DNA of 64,000 nucleotides from an uncultured Candidatus Rokubacteria bacterium (lineage in GTDB: Bacteria > Methylomirabilota > Methylomirabilia > Rokubacteriales > CSP1-6): positions 96,001 to 160,000 of the forward strand of contig CAVWFS010000006.1 in the NCBI GenBank assembly GCA_963754315.1, written 5' to 3'. Under the pieces are notes generated by a model, which saw nothing but the letters and a program-made list of their open reading frames with translations, did not search any database and was not told the DNA's origin. The position numbers and the translations under genes were made by a program. Below are positions 1-10,425 of this stretch, piece by piece; the first letter of the stretch is position 1; each line of letters begins with the position of its first letter.

Positions 1-2
1 CT

Positions 3-452
3 GAACTCGATGGCCTGGCCGTCCTGCGGGCCATCCGCCAGGAGGAGCTCTCCACCCGTGCGGTGATCCTCACGGCTTCCCTGGACGATGACGAGACCTT
101 GGAGGCCATCCGCCTCGGGGCTTGGGGGGTCGTGCTCAAGGAAGCGGCAGCGTCAGAGCTCGTCCACTGTGTGCGGCGGGTCCACGCCGGCGAGCGCGTG
201 CTCGACCAGGCCATGGTCATGCGCGCGCTGGAGCAGGTTGTCCGGCGTGATGAGGTGGCCGGGACTCTGACCCAGCGCGAGATCGAGATCACCCGGCTGG
301 CCGCCGGCGGACTGCGGAATCGCGAGATTGCCGGCCGCCTGGGGATCAGCGAGGGCACCGTCAAGCTCCACCTGCACAACATCTATGAGAAGCTCCGCCT
401 CGACGGGCGCTACGAGCTCATGCGGTACGCCACTACCAAAGGTCTAGCCTAG
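3..452 (+). CDS. NarL/LuxR-family response regulator, 5' truncated by window edge
   Basis: Open frame from base 3: ELDGLAVLRAIRQ...VILTAS...GAWGVVLK (receiver end), then LTQREIEITRLAAGGLRNREIAGRLGISEGTVKLHLHNIYEKL (LuxR HTH). Confidence 0.93.
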   Translation, partial: ELDGLAVLRAIRQEELSTRAVILTASLDDDETLEAIRLGAWGVVLKEAAASELVHCVRRVHAGERVLDQAMVMRALEQVVRRDEVAGTLTQREIEITRLAAGGLRNREIAGRLGISEGTVKLHLHNIYEKLRLDGRYELMRYATTKGLA

Positions 453-654
453 CCGAACTTCGACGACTGCAGCTCGCGTGCTATTTCTACACGCGAGCCA
501 CCCAAAAGGTGTCATTCAGGCTCGGCCTGCCGGCATCTCACTTGACCTATCGATATGCTGACACTCTCCCAATCGGAGAGAGTAGGTATGCCAATTTATT
601 TTTCTCGTGCAAAATCAGATCTTTACCGGAAGTACTGGCCCACGAAATGAAGCT

Positions 655-670
655 CGGCAGGGGGCTTGCA
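655..670 (+). promoter_or_regulatory. Putative sigma54 (-24/-12) promoter upstream of methyltransferase
   Basis: CGGCAGGGGGCTTGCA: GG-N10-GC spacing with TTGCA -12 box in an AT-richer intergenic region. Confidence 0.45.
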
Positions 671-869
671 TGTGACATACTCACCAGAGGGATCTCGGGG
701 CATTATGACACTCGGTACACTAGGGCCGGGCTACCGTACCTAGCGAGGGGCAATGGCCTATGTCTCGTTCCATCGGGGAATTTCGCCGGAGGTTTCGTTC
801 GCTTCACTGATCCCGACAGAAGCTCTCGGGAGCCGAGTCCGTCCCGATCGGTTCTCCGGAGGTATCGGC

Positions 870-1805
870 GTGGCTGGAATTCCGCTTTATCGCGATGCGA
901 CACAACGAGATTCGGCCGAAACGATAGCCGCCAACGTCGCCTACTACGAAGAGGAGTATCGCCGGCTAAACCTCGACCGTCTCATTGACAAGCTTGGGCG
1001 ATGGCAGGAAGTCCTCGCCGAGCTCGTCGCGACCCACATCACCTGGCATAGCCTCTATCGCGATACGTTTGACCGACGAATCACCGGCGCGCGCGTGCTC
1101 GAGCTCGGTTGCGGTGACGGCCTCAACGCGCTGATGATGGCTCGACACGGGGCCCAGGTGACCGCGGTCGACATCTCCCCACACAGCGAGCGCATCCTTC
1201 GGGAGGTGGAGGCACGGCTTGGGCCCCAGAACGTTGTCCCTGTTACGGGCGACTTCACCCAGCTCGATTTTCCCCTGGCTTCCTTCGACTTCGTCGTCGG
1301 CAAGGATTTCCTTCACCACATTACGCATGACCAGGAAACTGCCTACCTCGCCAAGATCGTCCAGATCCTGAAACCGGCAGGCGAGGCGCGCTTCTGCGAG
1401 CCTGCTGTCAACAACGTCGTCCTCGACACCCTGCGCTGGATCGTCCCCGTCCCCGGTCGTCCGTCGGTGCTCGCCCGCCGTGCCTTCCGTGCGTGGAAGG
1501 CTCAGGATCCCCACCCCGTGCGCGATCAGAGCTCACGCCACTACCGAGCGAGCGGCGCACGCTTCTTCGATGAGGTCGAGATCATCCCCTTCGGAAGCGT
1601 CGAGCGTTTTCACCGTCTGCTGCCGCGTGGGATCAACCGGCCCTTTCGGCGTCGCGCTCATGTGCTCGAAGAGCACCTGCCGCACTGGTTCCGATCATGG
1701 GCCGCGCGCAGCCAGCTCATCGTGTATCGGCGGCCCCGTTTTGCCCCGACACCGTCGTCTCGCCTCGCCGCGGCCCGGTCACCGGTAATCAACGGAGTGT
1801 CCTGA
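870..1805 (+). CDS. Class I SAM-dependent methyltransferase
   Basis: VLELGCGDG motif I, VDIS, FDFVVGKDFLHH; GTG start at 870 chosen because GGAGGT Shine-Dalgarno lies at 858-863 (ORF track starts at 753). Confidence 0.85.
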   Translation: MAGIPLYRDATQRDSAETIAANVAYYEEEYRRLNLDRLIDKLGRWQEVLAELVATHITWHSLYRDTFDRRITGARVLELGCGDGLNALMMARHGAQVTAVDISPHSERILREVEARLGPQNVVPVTGDFTQLDFPLASFDFVVGKDFLHHITHDQETAYLAKIVQILKPAGEARFCEPAVNNVVLDTLRWIVPVPGRPSVLARRAFRAWKAQDPHPVRDQSSRHYRASGARFFDEVEIIPFGSVERFHRLLPRGINRPFRRRAHVLEEHLPHWFRSWAARSQLIVYRRPRFAPTPSSRLAAARSPVINGVS

Positions 1806-1848
1806 TTGCCGCCACGATCCGGGGCCGCTCCTGCATACAGTCCGGCGT

Positions 1849-3612
1849 CTACACCCTGACGTCTACCGAGCGGTCGCGCGCACCGCGATTGGCGGCTCCC
1901 AATGGTGATGCTGCTCCGCGAGTGAGCGTGTCCACGGCCGCCTTGATTTGCGCATAAACCTCGCGGAACCGATCGAGATCGCCCGACCAGGGATCCTCGA
2001 TGAACGCCGGGCCCGTGGGATTGAGCACACCCAGGAAGTGAACGCGCCCGCGGGCTGGGGGAAACTCGGCGGTGACGCGCTCGTAGTTCTCACGGTCGAA
2101 CACGAAGATCGCGTCGGCGTCTCGGACGGCGGCCAGCGTGAGGCGTCGCGACCGATGGGCTTCCAGATCGGCTCCGAAGGCGGCCGCGGCCCGGATGGCG
2201 TTGGCGGGCGAAGGGCGATCGTCAACGGGGTAGTAGCCTGCGGAGTCGACCCGTTCAAATCTGCCGGTGCTTCGCGCGAGGGCCGCCGCGAACGGACTCC
2301 GGCAAACGTTCCCCTTGCACACGAACAGCACGCTCCGGGCCTGGCGGGTGGCGCGCACGGCTCGGCGGGCCTGCCACTTTCGCCCGAAGGGCCGAGCGAG
2401 GACGGCGTTGGCCACCACGCGTCGTAGTCGCGAGGTCAGGATGCCCAGAATCCGCCGTACCTCCTCGATCGCTGGTGCCGGATCGTCGAGGCTGAACGTG
2501 TCGACGCGCTCGCGAAGCATCACGATGTTGGCGAACGCGTCGCGCAGCACGAGACGAGGCGACCGGGTGGCCAGCGTGGGATCCGAGCGGTCTGCCCGGA
2601 GATTGGCCCATTGCCATTTGAGGTCGAGGGTGAGGTTCCGCGCGAAGAGGGGGGCCCGGTACTGCTGGGGAGAGGGTGCCCGCCCCTCCACGAGCAGCCG
2701 GTAGAGCGCCAGGGGGAAGTCCATCCCGGCCGCCAGGGCCAGCGGGAGCGAACCCCAGAATCGCGGGTTCACCTCCATAAAGAAGAAGCGGCCGGACGGA
2801 GCGTCGAGCTTGAACTCGACCATGGCCACGCCCGTGTAGGCGAGCGGGCGCAACAGCGCGAGCGACGCGGCGAGGAGGTCCGAGGAGACGGGCACGCTCT
2901 TGCGGTACGAGCTGCCTCCTCCCTGGAGGGGCTCGTGCACGCGCACGTGCTGGAAGGTGAGTAGCGGTTCACCGCGGTGGAGGAGCAGCTCCACGCCGAC
3001 GCCACGACCGGGGACATTCTCCTGCACGAGAACCGGCCCGCCCCGCAACTGCTCGGCGAGCATGCGCGCGTAATCCTCTTCGCGGTACACCTTGCGGACT
3101 TCCTGACGGGAGGACGGATTCGCGGGGTCGTACGACGTGCGTGGCTTGAGGACCAGCGGCCATCCGAACGGGGGTGGCGGCGCGCCGCCCTCGGCGACGA
3201 CCACCTCGCGCGGCACCGGGATGCCGGCGGCCCGGGCGGCGGCCGCGGAGAGGCCCTTGTCGGTGAGCAGTTCGTACGTGCGGTCGTCGAGGAGGGCGAG
3301 CCGCCCGTGAGGCTCGAGCTCGCGACGATGGATATGAAGGGCGGCCAGCGTGGTATCCGTGCATGGGATCACGAGGTCGAACCCCTCACGTGCGAGCAGT
3401 CCAGCGAAGGCGGCGAGCCACGAGGAGTCCCGCTCCCGGTACGGCGGCAGGTCGTGCACGCGATGGAGGTAGCGAGACCGTAAGGGAGCGCTGTCGATGC
3501 CGGGGCCCGTCGCGTGGACTTCCAGCCCGCCCCGCCCCAGCGAGCGCACGACTGCAAGAAAGGCCCGCGAGTCGCGGCCGAGGACCAGGACCTTGCCGCG
3601 CGCTGAGGTCAC
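1849..3612 (-). CDS. ATP-grasp ligase fused to C-terminal low-molecular-weight protein-tyrosine phosphatase
   Basis: VLKPRTS, LVQENVPG, MVEFK, FMEVNPRFWGS (ATP-grasp); then VLFVCKGNVCRS and IEDPW (LMW-PTP); GTG start overlaps upstream TGA (GTGA 3609-3612). Confidence 0.88.
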   Translation of the reverse strand: MTSARGKVLVLGRDSRAFLAVVRSLGRGGLEVHATGPGIDSAPLRSRYLHRVHDLPPYRERDSSWLAAFAGLLAREGFDLVIPCTDTTLAALHIHRRELEPHGRLALLDDRTYELLTDKGLSAAAARAAGIPVPREVVVAEGGAPPPPFGWPLVLKPRTSYDPANPSSRQEVRKVYREEDYARMLAEQLRGGPVLVQENVPGRGVGVELLLHRGEPLLTFQHVRVHEPLQGGGSSYRKSVPVSSDLLAASLALLRPLAYTGVAMVEFKLDAPSGRFFFMEVNPRFWGSLPLALAAGMDFPLALYRLLVEGRAPSPQQYRAPLFARNLTLDLKWQWANLRADRSDPTLATRSPRLVLRDAFANIVMLRERVDTFSLDDPAPAIEEVRRILGILTSRLRRVVANAVLARPFGRKWQARRAVRATRQARSVLFVCKGNVCRSPFAAALARSTGRFERVDSAGYYPVDDRPSPANAIRAAAAFGADLEAHRSRRLTLAAVRDADAIFVFDRENYERVTAEFPPARGRVHFLGVLNPTGPAFIEDPWSGDLDRFREVYAQIKAAVDTLTRGAASPLGAANRGARDRSVDVRV

Positions 3613-4558
3613 GCCGCCGGCCGGTGCAGGCGCCAGGCGAGGAGAGCCAGGCGGGGCGTGGCGCTGATGCGTCGGAGGCTGTACAGATCGTCGCCTCCGC
3701 TGATCCACCCGGGATCGCTGGTGACCGCCGCCCGGTGCACGTGGCGGACCTCGTCGGCGATGGCCGGAGTCCAGGCGCCGAACGGATAGCAGAAGTCCTC
3801 GACCGGACGAGCCAGTCGCGCTTCCAGTTGCCGCCGGCTCTCGCGTAGCTCGTGCCCGACGGCGGCAGGCTCCAGGCATGGCAGCACCGGGTGCGTTACG
3901 GTATGCGAACCCACCGACACGACCTCGGGGTCCATCGCGGCCACGTCGCGCCAGGTCATCATGTCATACCGCTCGCGCTGTTCCGCCGTCGGCGTGAAGC
4001 GCGGGGTGACGCGACGGATCGCGTCTTCGACCTCCTCGCGCTCCGGGCGGGCGAGCGTCCTCATCCAGGCGACGATGGCGCCAGCGGCGCCGCCGCCCGG
4101 AGCTCGGCACCGCGAGGCCAGTTCCGCGCGCTCGGGAGGGGCCAGGGAGTCCAGCCGCTCGCGCGCCTCCTGGTTCCAGAGCCAGCGACCGCTGTCGATG
4201 AGCCCGGGACAGAGGAAGAACGTCGCGGGAATCCCGAGGCGAGCGAGGATCGGATACGCCACCGTCCAGTTGTTGCGCAACCCGTCGTCAAAGGTCAGGG
4301 CGATTTCTGGTTCGCGGGCCGTGCGGCCTTCGCGCACGCGCTTGACCAGCCAGGCCAGCGGCACGATGGAGAAGCGCCGGCGCAGATAATCGAGCTCCGC
4401 TGTGAGCGCGGCGGCCGGGTAGTCGCGGCCGCCCACCCCGTGGAACTTGAGGATGCGCAGACCGGGCTGCCGGTGCGCCCAGTAGGCGGAGGCACCGGAG
4501 TAGAGGCCGCGCGGTGCAGGGCGCGCTTGAGGGTGGCCGTCAACTGCACGGTCGTCAC
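3609..4558 (-). CDS. Polysaccharide deacetylase (CE4/NodB), probable frameshift near 4510
   Basis: LTFDDG, ATFFL, GSHTVTHP, FCYPFG; N-terminus LRILKFHGV continues upstream of ORF-track start 4436 and joins another frame (LKRALHR). Confidence 0.85.
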
Positions 4559-4622
4559 CGTGACAGAGGCGCGGAACACAGAGCCGCCAGGGGCGTTCAA
4601 CGATGCGGGCAAACCGCGACGC

Positions 4623-5856
4623 CTAACCGGTCTTCCCCGCGTCGACCTGGACGGCAGAGGGTCGAGGCGCGTCCAGCAGACGTTGGCGGGTCAAGCACCG
4701 CGCGATGGCCGCGGCCGCCACGCGGTTGCCCTCCTCGTTGAAGTGCCCGCTCACGGGATGGTAGAGCTGGCGTCCGCGCCGCGCCTCCTCGCGAAGCTCG
4801 CCGGTGAGGTCACAGCCGGAGATGCCATGGTCGGCAAGGAACCCGGTCAGCAGGCGGGGCAGGCCATCGATGTCGACGCCCTCGAGTGCGGCCAGGTAGC
4901 GGCGGGCAAGGTCCCAGTAGGCCTCTTCCTTGGTGGGAAAGATCACGACCGCGAGCTGAGCCTCCATGTCGGCCGCGGCCTGCTGCATGTCGAGCAGGGC
5001 GTCTTGCATCAGGGGCCACCCGGGATGTCGATCCGGGGCTGTGACGATTCTCATCCACCAGTCGTCGAAGCGGAGAACCAGATCGAGGCTACCCTCCCGG
5101 TGGCGATGTATCTTCCGGCCCCGCGCGTGCAAGGCCGCCCTGAGCAGGCGGTACACCGCGGAATGTTCCTCCAGCCAGCGGGCGGCAGGGTGCGGTCCGC
5201 GCTCGCGCTCCAGCCAGACGGCGAGGTCGTCAGTGCCCCCGCGCGCCCACTTGTCGAAGTTGACGTTGTCGGCGAGGTCGTTGGGAAAGATGCCTACCAG
5301 CACGAGAGGAGCGCCGAAGGCCGGGCCATAGCGCCTGAGGATCCGGGCCTCGGCCAAGGTCGAGTAGCCGCTGACGCCGAAGGTGGCCATCGACACGCCG
5401 GTGGCCTCGGACAGCCGGCGAATCCAGCAGTCTTCCGCCAGGACCTCGTCGCAGAACGCGAACGAATCACCGATGACGATGGCGCCGAAGGGGGCCCGTG
5501 TTCCGATGTCGCGGAACCCGATGGGGCCGAGGCCATGGCTCATGGTCCGGATGGGGATGGTTCCGCCCTCGAACGAGAAGCTCACCTCGACATCGGGCCG
5601 GAGCTTGAACCCGAGATAGGGGTCACCCGCCGTCAGGGGCCGCCACTGGGCGCGCCGAGTGTAGAAGGTCTCGATCGTGCGGAAGGGCCGGCGGGACCAG
5701 CCCGGGGAAGGGCGGCCAGACCCGCCTCGAACCCCACCACCGCGAGGGCGATGGCCAGCAGCACGAGGCCGATCTTGGCGCGGCGCGACTTCGCCCATGG
5801 CTTGGCCGCGGCCAGCCCGCCGCGTCACGGACCTCCAGCGGTGCGGACTCGATCAT
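4623..5856 (-). CDS. Membrane-anchored SGNH/AlgJ-AlgX-like O-acyltransferase or esterase; N-terminus frameshifted
   Basis: IGDSF block I, GVSGYST block II, FPND block III, SGHFNEEGN block V; hydrophobic KIGLVLLAIALAVVG in an alternate frame near 5740-5780. Confidence 0.75.
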
Positions 5857-7253
5857 GGGCCCGAGCTCCCCAGGCCCGGGTAATTGTAGACGTGCACACC
5901 GAGCGGGCCGGCCGCGACGTAGAGGAAGTCATTGCGGGCGACGATCCCCGCCGCCTCGGCGAGCTGCAGATTCATCGAGCCGGGGCCGGGGGCAATGCCG
6001 GGGGCAGCGACGCCACCTTGAAAGGGTTCGCGGGTCCGTGACATCGATGATGGCCAGCTCGCCGTTGCCGCGCCCGCCCACGTAGAACGCGTACTTGCCG
6101 GTTGGAGGAGAACCCGAGGCCACCACCGTCCCCGACCAGCGCGCTCCCCGTCGGTGTGGTCATCCGTACGTGACCGCACTCGAAGCACGTCTCGGTGATC
6201 GCCGCACCGGGGGCCGTCGACGCGGGCGCTGGGGTCGGCGAGCCCCCGAGGGTGGAGCAGTAGGTGGCGCCGCCGTCCTGATGACCGGGGAGCAAGGGCG
6301 TGGTGATCAGGCCGGAGTTGATCCAGAACGCCCCGAGCGTGTACACGACGTCGCGTCGCGACGATCGACCGCCACGCGGTACATGGAGACCTTGAGGCGG
6401 TGGGTGCCAAGGAACTCCAGCTTCAACGGATCCGTGGAGTCCCAGACGTAGAATCCCCCGTAGCCCCAGTCGACCGCGAAGACCGTCCCTGGATCCTGCC
6501 CCCGGCCACCACTCCGGTGACGTAGGCCGTGCCGTTCTCTGTGTGGTCGAGCATCCGCTCGACGCAGATGGTGCAGACGCCACCACCCCAGAGCATGACG
6601 CCGAGAGTCTGCGTGAGGACGGGCGCCGCCGGGGTCGAAATGTCCCACACGTACAGCTCGCCGTTGTATGAGGCCGCGTACGCGGCATCTGCCGTCGGGT
6701 GAACGGCGATGTGGTAGATCCTCCCGCGCTGCGGCGCGAGGCCGGGGTGACGCCGTCAGGGCGGTGCAGAGGTTGCCGTCGGCGATCGCGTTCGCGATGG
6801 TCTGAGGGTTACCGGGATCAGAGACATCGATGACCTGCATCCCGGCGGCCCCCGCCGCCAGGTAGACGTACTTGCCCTTCTTGGCCAGACCCTGACTCTT
6901 GGCCACGGGACCGCGCGTGCAGTCCACGTTGCAGTTCACCGAGAGCTCGGAGCCGCGCACCGTCGGGTTGAAGAGGGTTCGAGATGTCCAGGATGGTCAG
7001 GCCCCGGTCCGTGGCCACGAAGGCGAACGTGCCGTCGATGACGATGTCGTGGGCGCGGGATCCCGACGCGAAACCGACGCCTGGAGAGTTCCGACGGGAT
7101 ATACCGATGAGGCGTCAGCGGGCCGTCGGCCCGGCCGGCGGGGGCGTCACCGAGCACGGCGGCCACCGCCAGGATCGCCATGAGCACGAGACGGCGGACC
7201 GACGTCGCGCGAGGGGCGCTATGGAACCGAAGAACGGGAGCGATGCCATTCAT
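5853..7253 (-). CDS. Secreted LVIVD-repeat (beta-propeller) protein, paralogue 1; multiple indels
   Basis: Signal-like RRLVLMAILAVAAVLG; repeats AFVATDRGLTILDISNP, YVYLAAGAAGMQVIDVSDP, LYVWDISTP, FYVWDSTDP, LAIIDVTDP, FLYVAAGPLGVHVY spread over at least 5 frame fragments; SD AAGGAGG. Confidence 0.75.
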
Positions 7254-7273
7254 GGGATCCTCCTTGCCCTTCG

Positions 7274-8528
7274 TCACCGGCGCGGGGCCAACGGCGGCCC
7301 GCCCACTGGGAGAGAGTTCGGGAACTTGTGGACCTGAAGGCCCAGGACGCCGGCCGCCTGGAAGACGTAGTCGCCCTGTGTGCGTATCGCCATCCCGTGC
7401 GCCATTCCCACGCCGTGGAGGCCGATGCCGTCGGGGTCAGTGGCCTCGTTCTGCATCGTCGGAACGGGATGTCGACGATGTGGAATTCGCCGGCACCTTT
7501 GCCGCCGGCGTAGACGACATACTTGTTGCCGGCGATGGCGAGGTCGCCCATATCGATGGCGAAGTCCGACTTGAGGTAGCCCGCACACCGTCGGCACCGG
7601 GCAGGTGCGTTGTAGCGCGACGACACGAAGATGTCCAGAACGGAGAATGGGAACCGAGCGGAGGCCCGAGACGGCCCCGAACGCGGTCAGCATGTACACG
7701 ACGTCCTGATCGAGGTCGGCATGCGCCTTGATCAGGTATGGCGCGTAATGCGTCGAGACGAATCTCGGGTGGAGAGGGTTCGTGGCGATCTCGAAGTGGT
7801 AGAGCCGCCCGTACGCCCATTCGACGGCGAACAAGCGGTCTCCTGCCAGTGACACGCCTGTCGCCCTCCCGTTCCCCGAGGTCATGGCGGGCTGGTCACA
7901 AGGGGGAGTCCCGTCGGGGGGGCACAACCGCTTGAGATTGACCAGGTCGGCCCCGGCGTTGGCCCATGCCGGCAGTCCGATGACCCTGGCGATCTTCGGG
8001 GTAGCCTCGCTCGCGCCGGCGGGGCACCCTGCCGGTCGCGGCGCTGCCGCGCATATGACGTACAGTTCCCCGGCGAACGATACGGCATAGATGACGTTGT
8101 CCTTGACGACGACGTCCCAGCCACCACCGGGGATGGCGAGTTTGCCCACCGGGTCTGGCAGCGCCGGGTCGGAGATATCGACCACGATCAGGTATGCGCC
8201 CGCGAGATAGGCGTAGTCTCCCTCAACCGCAACGGCTTGGCTCTTCAACAGGGTGCTCGGGAAGGCGGGTAGTTTTGGCTGAAGGACGCCGACGGCGTCG
8301 ATGGACGATAGGATTCCCGGCGTCGCGATGTCGAGAATGGTGAGACCCTTCTCGGTGGCGACGTAGGCGAGATTGTCCCGAAGGGCCAGCCCGTGCGCCT
8401 TAGCGTTCAGCGGAACGTTTCCCACGTAGGTGAGCGGGCCGTCGGCTTGAGCCCCGCTCGCCACCGACACGACCAGGCCCCGGCGAGGAGCAACGAGACA
8501 GCCACCGCACTCGACTGCTTGTTGTCAT
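7274..8528 (-). CDS. Secreted LVIVD-repeat protein, paralogue 2; several indels
   Basis: AYVATEKGLTILDIATP, YAYLAGAYLIVVDISDP, YVVYAGGKGAGEFHIVDIP, YVFQAAGVLGLQVHKFP; ATG 8528 after AGGGAGGAAGG, signal peptide frameshifted. Confidence 0.78.
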
Positions 8529-8616
8529 CCTTCCTCCCTATGGCAAATACATCAATTCCTACTCCTACTACACATGGATCGTTCCTGGCCTGCCTGCTCG
8601 CCGCGCGGCTCCAGCT

Positions 8617-8850
8617 TCACGGGCGCACCGGTCCGGCGGCGGGGCGACCCTGCCGGCCTAGCTCGCGGTCGATGACGGCGGTGAACTCGGAGAGCGGACG
8701 GGCTCCGACCAGGGGAATGCTGTTCACGAAGAACGTCGGCGTGCCCACGACGCCCACGTTCTTGCCGTCGGTCACGCCACGGGCGACACGTTCGCGTAGC
8801 GACGTCCCTGCTGCTCTCCCGGGCGAAGTCCTGTCGCGTCCCTCCCATTC
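8617..8850 (-). pseudogene. C-terminal fragment of DsbA/thioredoxin-fold oxidoreductase
   Basis: Frame absent from ORF track reads ERVARGVTDGKNVGVVGTPTFFVNSIPLVGARPLSEFTAVIDREL (GTPTFFVN cis-Pro motif); no CxxC half before the wzx stop. Confidence 0.7.
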
Positions 8851-8931
8851 TTGAATTACCTACACACTGCCCCCAACTTGAGCGCCTCCGACCTCCGGTT
8901 TGTCGTTCGATCGTAGACGTTAGGGCGTTTA

Positions 8932-10425
8932 TCACCGCGTCCCACCGCGCTCGCGGGCCGGCACCCCTGCCGGATACCGCCGAGCCACCCCGCGGAGCGC
9001 GAGACGCTCCCCGGCCGTCACAAACCCGGAGGCGACCAGCGCCACCGGATACGCGAGGAACAGGAGAGCCTTCACGGCGATGGCCGCCGTCAGCGGCCCC
9101 GAGGGGACGTATCCTCTTGCCAACGAGAGCCCGAGCGCGATCACGAGCGGTTTGGCGATCCGGACATAGTCATAGGGAATTCGATACGCTCGCTGGGCTA
9201 CCAGCAACGTAAGCACGAGGAGCGCGGGGGTCGCTATGAGATGGGCCATGGCCGCCCCGTGATGCCCCACCGTGGCACGAGGGCGAAGTTGAGCGCCACA
9301 CTGAGCCCGGCCGGGACGAGGAATACGAGGGGGAGCCAGCCGGTCTTCCTCGCGAGATAGATGCCCCGGTTGGGGACGTTGGCGAGAGCTTGGAAGATCG
9401 ATGCCCACGCGATGAGCGGGACGATTGACTCTGCCTCCAGGAACCGTGCGGTCGCGAAGATCAAGATGATCTCGTGGGAGAATAGCACGGTTCCCAGCCC
9501 CAACAGGCCCAGCAGGGCCGCGTTCCAGGCGGCCACGTCGGCGAAGATCTTCTTGGAAGAGATTTCCGACTCTTCGATAGCCGTGCGGTAGACGAACGGC
9601 AGGATGGCCGAGTTCACCGAACTCGCCACCACGTCGAACGCCGTGGCGCCGAGCATGTAGCCGATCGAATACACCCCCACCTGGGCCAGCGGCACGAAGG
9701 CCTGCAGCACCAGGCGGTCGGCAACGCGCAAAGCCCATGCCCCGAGGCGAACGGGGACGTCTACCCATCCGAAGGCGAGGCACTGCAGGACGAGCCGGGG
9801 CGAGAACGTCCATGCGATGTGCGGCCTCAGGTAGCCATAGAAAACGAAAAAAAAAGGGCCGCGCCTCCCAGACCACCATAGAGCGGCGCCAACGCTCCGA
9901 AGCCAGTGACGGCCAGAGCCACGGACAGCGCCGCCGTGACGGTGCCCTGAATCAGTCCCAAGGTCATGAACAGCGCCACGCGGTCGGTGACGCGAAAGAT
10001 CGTGCGGGGGAGAATTCCCATGCTCGACAGCGCCACCGTGGCCACCGCGAGCACCACATAGGGGTGAAGGGGACATCGGAGACCACGGCCTGCCACAGCG
10101 GCGCCCCGAACGCGAGGATGAGTGCCGAGCAGAGCATCGAACTGCCGAGCAGGAACACGAACAGGCTGCCAAAGAGCCGTCGCCGCTCGAGGTCGGTGCG
10201 GCAGTCGTAGTAGAAGCGGGCGGAGGAGTTGGGCGCCCCCATCTCGTAGACGACGGTCAGCAGGTCCCGCACGGTGGTGACGATGGCGATGATCCCGAAG
10301 TCCGCGGAAGAGAGGAACCGGGCGAAGACGGGGAGGGTCACCACGCCCAACCCGCGGCGCAGGATCAGCCCCACCGAGTAGAAGGTCGTGTCGCGAACGA
10401 GCGAAACGAGGCGGCCGCTCTTCAT
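8932..10425 (-). CDS. wzx: Wzx-type oligosaccharide flippase; several indels
   Basis: LVRDTTFYSVGLILRRGLGVVTLPVFARFLSSADFG N-terminus, ADRLVL..VGVYSIGY, many TM helices across 4 frame fragments; ATGA overlap with upstream gene. Confidence 0.85.

Noticed and set aside
3852..6041. 729-aa plus-strand ORF
   Set aside because: Antisense shadow of the deacetylase and SGNH genes; no recognisable motifs, expected in high-GC DNA
6165..6195. CFECGH as a c-type haem motif
   Set aside because: Pattern is CxxCxH, not CxxCH
5853..8528. PEP-CTERM/exosortase sorting of the LVIVD proteins
   Set aside because: Neither C-terminus shows a PEP motif plus TM helix plus basic tail, and no exosortase gene is in the window
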